11,651 nucleotides of DNA from a bacterium (GTDB taxonomy: Bacteria > Methylomirabilota > Methylomirabilia > CAVQYV01), in the NCBI GenBank assembly GCA_043800755.1, contig JAZDMQ010000102.1, positions 1-11,651 of the forward strand, written 5' to 3'. The notes below the pieces were generated by a model, which worked only from the letters and a program-made list of their open reading frames with translations, was not told the DNA's origin and did no database searches. The position numbers and the translations under genes were made by a program. This document shows, one piece after another, positions 7,455 through 11,651 of this stretch (within the stretch, counting starts at the first letter, position 1; every line of letters starts with the position of its first letter).

Positions 7455-8048
7455 ATGAACAGACAACAACATTGCTGGATTTGGATAGGGACGGTCGCCG
7501 TCCTCTTGGGCCTTTTGAGTCTGGGCCCGGAGGCCAGCCTCGCCTGGGCGCAGGAATTCTCAGCGGACCAGATGGTGATCATCTCCAACGTGAAAGAGGT
7601 GGGCACTCTCTACTACCGGCCCGATCGCTGGCGGCTGGAAACCAGGGTTGGAGAATACGAGACTATCTCCGTCTTCCGCCTGGACAAGAAGCTGATCTGG
7701 ACCCTCCTTCCCAAGGATAAGAAATATATCGAGGTGCCCTTGTTGGACGATGACCTCCCACTGCCCAAGAAGATCGTGGGGGAGATCGAGCGGGCCGTGG
7801 TGGGGCAAGAAGAGGTGGAGGGCTTCCTCTGCGACAAGCTCGTCGTCCGCTATTCCAAAGAGGATGAGATCTGCGAGATGCGCTATTGGATCCCAAAGGA
7901 GTTGGGGGTCCCCATCCGCTCCGAGGCCCCGGACCTGAATTGGAGGAACGAGCTAAAGAACATCAGGGGCGGGCCTCAACCAGATCAGCTTTTTGAGGTC
8001 CCCTCGGGGTATGAATTGTTCGTCCCGCCCCTGGACTTTATTCGATAA
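7455..8048 (+). CDS. Secreted DUF4412-like protein
   Basis: Signal peptide ending AWA|QEFSAD. Motifs R.R.E, I.R.DKK..W.L.P..K.Y, G.E.V.G..C.K and L.NI..GPQPD.LFEVP.GY match the DUF4412-type pattern. RBS AAGGGAG upstream. Confidence 0.7.
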   Translation: MNRQQHCWIWIGTVAVLLGLLSLGPEASLAWAQEFSADQMVIISNVKEVGTLYYRPDRWRLETRVGEYETISVFRLDKKLIWTLLPKDKKYIEVPLLDDDLPLPKKIVGEIERAVVGQEEVEGFLCDKLVVRYSKEDEICEMRYWIPKELGVPIRSEAPDLNWRNELKNIRGGPQPDQLFEVPSGYELFVPPLDFIR

Positions 8049-8113
8049 GCCTCCTCCTGTTGGGATCGGGACTGGCCTAAACCGGGATCGAGGAAGGGGA
8101 AGGAGGGAGAGAG

Positions 8114-9232
8114 TTGGGAAAGATCTCCGTCAGGAGGGTAGAGACCAAGAAAGACCTCCACCGCTTCATCTCCCTGCCCTGGAAGATTTATCGAGGCGAT
8201 CCTCATTGGGTGCCCCCCTTGCTCTCCGAGCAGAAGTTGGTGCTCGACAGGGAGAAGGGGCCCTTCTTCGAGATCGGCCAGGCCGAGTACTTCCTGGCCC
8301 TCTGCGAGGGAGAGCCGGTGGGTCGCATCTCGGCCCACACTAACCAGCAATGGAATCAGCACTATCGGGACCAGAAGGGGTTCTTCGGATTCTTCGAGTG
8401 CATCGAGGACCCTGAGGCGGCCTCTGCGCTCTTTGAGGCCGCCGAGGGCTGGCTGCGGGATCGGGGAAAGACCTCCATCCTGGGTCCCATGAGCTTCTCC
8501 ATCTACGACGAGCTGGGCCTCTTGATCGATTGCTTCGATCAGGACCCGGTGGTGCTCCTGACTTATAATCCGCCCTATTATGTGGACCTCATCGAGGGGA
8601 GAGGCTTCAATAAGGCGATCGATTGGTATGCCTATCTGATGACCGATCAGGTGGCGGTCAACCCCGTCCTTTTCGAGGTGAGGGATCGAGTCTGCCGGCG
8701 GAATGGCCTGGTGATCCGCCATGCCAGGATGAGCCAGTTCAAGGAGGAGGCGGAGAGGGCCAAGTCCATCTTCAATGAGGCCTGGTCGGAGAACTGGGGA
8801 CACCTCCCCTTCACCGACAGGCAATTCGACCATCTGGCCAAGGGATTGCGAATGATCCTGGATGAGCGGCTTCTCTTCTTCGGGGAGATCCAAGGCAAGG
8901 CCATCGGCGTCTGCGTCAGCATCCCCGACGTGAACCAGGCCTTGAAGCCCGCTAATGGAAGGCTGCTGCCCTTCGGATGGTACCACCTCTGGCGAGGCCT
9001 CAAGCAAGTAAAGAAGCTACGGACCATCATCATGGGGGTGAAGAAGGAACACCGCCACACCGGGATCGATGTGGCCTTCTATGTGGAGACGATCGAAAAG
9101 GGGAAGGCGATAGGCTACACCGAATCGGAGTGCTCCCTGGTGGTGGAGACCAATACCTGGATGCGCAAGGCCCTGGGTGATCTGGGGGCCAGGATCTATA
9201 AGACCTATCGGCTCTACGAAAAACCTCTATAG
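8114..9232 (+). CDS. GNAT-fold acyltransferase of the YghO / bacterial ceramide synthase (bCerS)-like family
   Basis: TTG start after a strong AGGAGG. 372 aa with FISLPWKIY..DPHWVPPL, FLA...VGRISA, GFFGFFECIED, GPM.FS, YNPPYY, FNEAWSENWGH.P, PDVNQ, GVKKEHR..G and E.S.V.E.N..M...KTYRLY. Confidence 0.8.
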   Translation: MGKISVRRVETKKDLHRFISLPWKIYRGDPHWVPPLLSEQKLVLDREKGPFFEIGQAEYFLALCEGEPVGRISAHTNQQWNQHYRDQKGFFGFFECIEDPEAASALFEAAEGWLRDRGKTSILGPMSFSIYDELGLLIDCFDQDPVVLLTYNPPYYVDLIEGRGFNKAIDWYAYLMTDQVAVNPVLFEVRDRVCRRNGLVIRHARMSQFKEEAERAKSIFNEAWSENWGHLPFTDRQFDHLAKGLRMILDERLLFFGEIQGKAIGVCVSIPDVNQALKPANGRLLPFGWYHLWRGLKQVKKLRTIIMGVKKEHRHTGIDVAFYVETIEKGKAIGYTESECSLVVETNTWMRKALGDLGARIYKTYRLYEKPL

Positions 9233-9299
9233 GGGGGCGCCCATCAAGGAATCCGCGATTCAATCCCTCCCCAAAGAGGCAAGAACGATAGACCGGGCC

Positions 9300-10235
9300 A
9301 TGAGGTGGCTGGGGCAGGCCAGGCCGGTGGAGATCTCCTCCACCTTCTTCATCCTCTTCTTCCTCAGCCTGAACCTCCTCTTCTTCAACCGCATCCCCTC
9401 TTCCCAGCTCTTGCTGGTCAAGTACATCGGCCTGCTGCTCCTGATCGTCCTGGCGCGAAGGACCGCGGAGCGGATTGAGAAGAAGGGGTGGGTCCTCTTC
9501 CGTGATTTCCTCCCCATCCTCCTCATCTTCGAGGTCTACGACGGCCTCGGCTACATGCTCCACGTGATCAATCCCGCCGATGCCGATTCCGTACTGATCC
9601 GGATCGACCATCTCCTCTTCGGCGTCCATCCCTCCGTCTGGCTGGAGCGGTTCGCCAGCCCCCTCCTCAACGACCTGATGCACCTGGCCTATTTCTCCTT
9701 TTACTTCCTGCCGATCCTGTTGGGGATCATCTTCTGGGTGAAGGGGAAGAGGGGGGCCTTCAATCGGCTGGTCCTGGGGGCCACGGGAGCCTTCTATCTC
9801 TGCTACCTCGGATATATCCTGGTGCCCGCCGTCGGCCCCCACTTCACCCTGGCCCCTCTCTATCACCTCCCCCTGGAGGGGACGGCGATCACCGACTTCG
9901 TTCGGGGGTTCGTGGCCACGGCAGAGAACCTACAATGGGACTGCTTCCCCAGCGGGCACACCGCGGTCACCCTGGTTACGCTCTGGTATGCCTTCCGGGA
10001 GGAGCGGACCGCCTCCTACCTCTTCCTGCCCATCTCTGCCCTATTGCTCCTCTCCACCCTCTATTGCCGATATCACTATGGCATCGACCTAATTGCCGGG
10101 GCCGCGGTAGCCGCCGTATCGGTCTGGTCAGCGGACTGGCTGGAATACCTGAGCGTGAAGCGCCGGGAGAGGAGCCGGAGGCGGGTCGAGGCCCCAATGT
10201 CTACCGTCCCGCTCTCGCCGAGGGCAGGGAGGTAG
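9300..10235 (+). CDS. PAP2-superfamily membrane phosphotransferase/phosphatase, Aur1/Ipt1-like (PAP2_3) subgroup
   Basis: Multi-TM protein with LIRIDHLLFG..P, AYFSFYF, YILVPAVGP, DCFPSGHT and RYHYGIDLIAG (His/His/Asp catalytic set). No K-x6-RP C1 motif is apparent. The start is uncertain (ATG 9300 chosen; GTG 9177 would overlap the upstream gene). Confidence 0.8.
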   Translation: MRWLGQARPVEISSTFFILFFLSLNLLFFNRIPSSQLLLVKYIGLLLLIVLARRTAERIEKKGWVLFRDFLPILLIFEVYDGLGYMLHVINPADADSVLIRIDHLLFGVHPSVWLERFASPLLNDLMHLAYFSFYFLPILLGIIFWVKGKRGAFNRLVLGATGAFYLCYLGYILVPAVGPHFTLAPLYHLPLEGTAITDFVRGFVATAENLQWDCFPSGHTAVTLVTLWYAFREERTASYLFLPISALLLLSTLYCRYHYGIDLIAGAAVAAVSVWSADWLEYLSVKRRERSRRRVEAPMSTVPLSPRAGR

Positions 10236-10248
10236 ACTCCCTCCGTCC

Positions 10249-11268
10249 TTATCCCTTGGCCACAGAGAGCAGGGCCTCCACATTCCCCGCGGGCACCTCC
10301 GGCGGGATGTCGCAGCCGGTCATCAGGATGTAGCCCCCGCCCGGGGCGGCGGCCTCCAGACATCCTTCCGCCTTTTCTTCCACCTCCTGCCTCGTCCCGC
10401 GGAGTATGACCTCCACCGGGTGTACATTCCCCGCCACGCAGACCTTGCCCTGGAGGACCCCCTTGGCAGAGGCGAGATCGACCTTATGATCCAGGCTGAA
10501 GCAATGAATGCCCGAGTCGGCGAGGAGATCGAGGCGGTCTGCCGTGTTACCGCAGATGTGGAGGAGAAGGAAGGACTCCCGCTCCCGGACCCACTGCGCC
10601 ATCCGGCTGATTCCGGGCAGGGCGAATTCGGCAAAGGCCTTCTTGGAGATCAGGTCCCCGGAGGCGGTGGGGTCGGCCAGGGCCACCCCGTCCACCCACC
10701 TCTCCTCCAAGAAGGGCTCCAGAAAGAGACAGATGGCGCGGGCCGAGATCTCCAGGAGCTCCTGGACCTGATCCGGGGCATCCACCAGCGCCATCATGAG
10801 TTGGTTGACCCCCAAGAGCTGACCAGCAAAAGTGAGCGGGCCGTTGGCCACGATGGTGACGAAGGCCCTGGTTCCGAAGGTCCGCTTGACGGAATGAGAC
10901 GCCTCCCGGATGGTCCGAAGGATCGGATCCTGATCGATCCTCTCCAGGCGTAATCCCTTCCTCTCCTCCAGGCTGGAGAGCACCGGGCCCTCTAACTTCG
11001 GCGCGCTGATCCCCTCAAAGCGCAGACCCCCCCCCAACGCCCCGTAGATGGCGTTCGGATAGCCCGACCCTAAGAATACGATATCCAGGGGAAATCGCCG
11101 GTGGGCCAGATCCAGGACCTTGGCCATCTGCGCGCCATCTTTGCTCATCTCCAGCAGCGTGGTGCCCATCATCCTGGCAGTCCACATCCCCCCTCCCCAG
11201 AGGGAGACCGGAGGCCGAGGCGGCCTCCCCAGGGAGAGGGCTTCCAGGACGAGCTCTTTAGCATCCAT
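10249..11268 (-). CDS. URO-D superfamily, MtaA/CmuA-type zinc-dependent corrinoid methyltransferase
   Basis: ATG at 11268 after AGGAGG. GPLTFAGQLLG, ADPTASGDLIS...F.EFALP, zinc ligands HICG and distal GCD, GNVHPV. Lacks the HemE RQAGR motif. Confidence 0.85.
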   Translation of the reverse strand: MDAKELVLEALSLGRPPRPPVSLWGGGMWTARMMGTTLLEMSKDGAQMAKVLDLAHRRFPLDIVFLGSGYPNAIYGALGGGLRFEGISAPKLEGPVLSSLEERKGLRLERIDQDPILRTIREASHSVKRTFGTRAFVTIVANGPLTFAGQLLGVNQLMMALVDAPDQVQELLEISARAICLFLEPFLEERWVDGVALADPTASGDLISKKAFAEFALPGISRMAQWVRERESFLLLHICGNTADRLDLLADSGIHCFSLDHKVDLASAKGVLQGKVCVAGNVHPVEVILRGTRQEVEEKAEGCLEAAAPGGGYILMTGCDIPPEVPAGNVEALLSVAKG

Positions 11269-11282
11269 TCTCTCCCTCCTCC

Positions 11283-11651
11283 TCAATCGGGATAGCCATT
11301 GACCACCACCTCCACCTTCCCGGTGGCCAGATCCAGCAAGAGTCCATGGGCGATTACATCCGGGGGGACCAGGGGATGGTGCTTGAAGTTCTCCACCCGT
11401 CGCTTGACCTCCTCCCGGGGGTCCTCGAAGGTATTCAGCCAGTTCAGGATCTTCTGCTCCAAGGGCTCGCCCAGCAGGGCCTTTGCCCGCTTGAACCCCT
11501 CCTCCCCCAGCCGCTCCCGCATGCGGGCCACGGCTCGTCCTGGATCCTTCTGGATCTTGGTAAGGCCGCAGTCGGTGTGGGTCATGAAGGCGAATTCCTT
11601 CATGTTAGCCAGGTAGAGGAGGACGAAGAGGGAGGGCATGTCCGGGACCCC
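11283..11651 (-). CDS. Beta-class carbonic anhydrase-like protein (clade D / YtiB-like), 5' end outside the window
   Basis: HTDCG zinc motif (H-x-x-C) and the C-terminal HPLVPPDVIAHGLLLDLATGKVEVVVNGY typical of this subgroup. The frame is open to the window edge, so the first C-x-D-x-R motif cannot be seen. Confidence 0.7.
   Translation of the reverse strand, partial: GVPDMPSLFVLLYLANMKEFAFMTHTDCGLTKIQKDPGRAVARMRERLGEEGFKRAKALLGEPLEQKILNWLNTFEDPREEVKRRVENFKHHPLVPPDVIAHGLLLDLATGKVEVVVNGYPD

Noticed and set aside
8101-8112. AGGAGGGAGAGA also present on the minus strand at 11269-11280, forming a distant inverted repeat
   Set aside because: Both copies are ribosome-binding regions directly before start codons, not element ends.
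6338-9866. Long antisense ORFs (6338-7438 +, 7985-9007 -, 9030-9866 -)
   Set aside because: These are shadow ORFs opposite well-supported genes, as expected with high-GC codon usage. They have no recognisable motifs.
10249-11268. Call as hemE (uroporphyrinogen decarboxylase)
   Set aside because: Lacks the RQAGR motif and has the H-x-C...C zinc ligands of methyltransferases.
1-11651. CRISPR array, tRNA/rRNA, integrase or transposase genes, integron attC site
   Set aside because: None was recognisable by eye. There is no regularly spaced repeat array, and no attC-like palindrome fits the 25-nt gap after vapC.

Overview
High-GC bacterial window, with gene content suggesting an anaerobic deltaproteobacterial-type or similar uncultured lineage (inference only). 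In order it holds: (1) a livH-livM-livG-livF-type branched-chain amino acid ABC operon whose binding-protein gene is not in the window; (2) the 5' stub of an ArnT/PMT-like (GT39/GT83) glycosyltransferase that breaks off exactly at a 27-bp motif, GCAATTCCGGGGACGCCATACTTGATT; (3) a lower-GC vapBC toxin-antitoxin cassette with its own promoter/operator; (4) a large ABC-2-like permease with no ATPase gene beside it; (5) a signal-peptide-bearing alpha/beta hydrolase on the minus strand; (6) three co-oriented genes encoding a secreted DUF4412-like protein, a YghO/bacterial ceramide synthase (bCerS)-like GNAT, and an Aur1/Ipt1-like PAP2 membrane phosphotransferase; (7) a convergent pair of a beta-carbonic-anhydrase-like gene (partial) and an MtaA/CmuA-type zinc methyltransferase. 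The best candidate for a new system is cluster 6, which could make ceramide and add a head group by eukaryote-like IPC-synthase chemistry. Second is the motif-bounded vapBC junction. All family calls come from motif recognition by eye, with no database searches.
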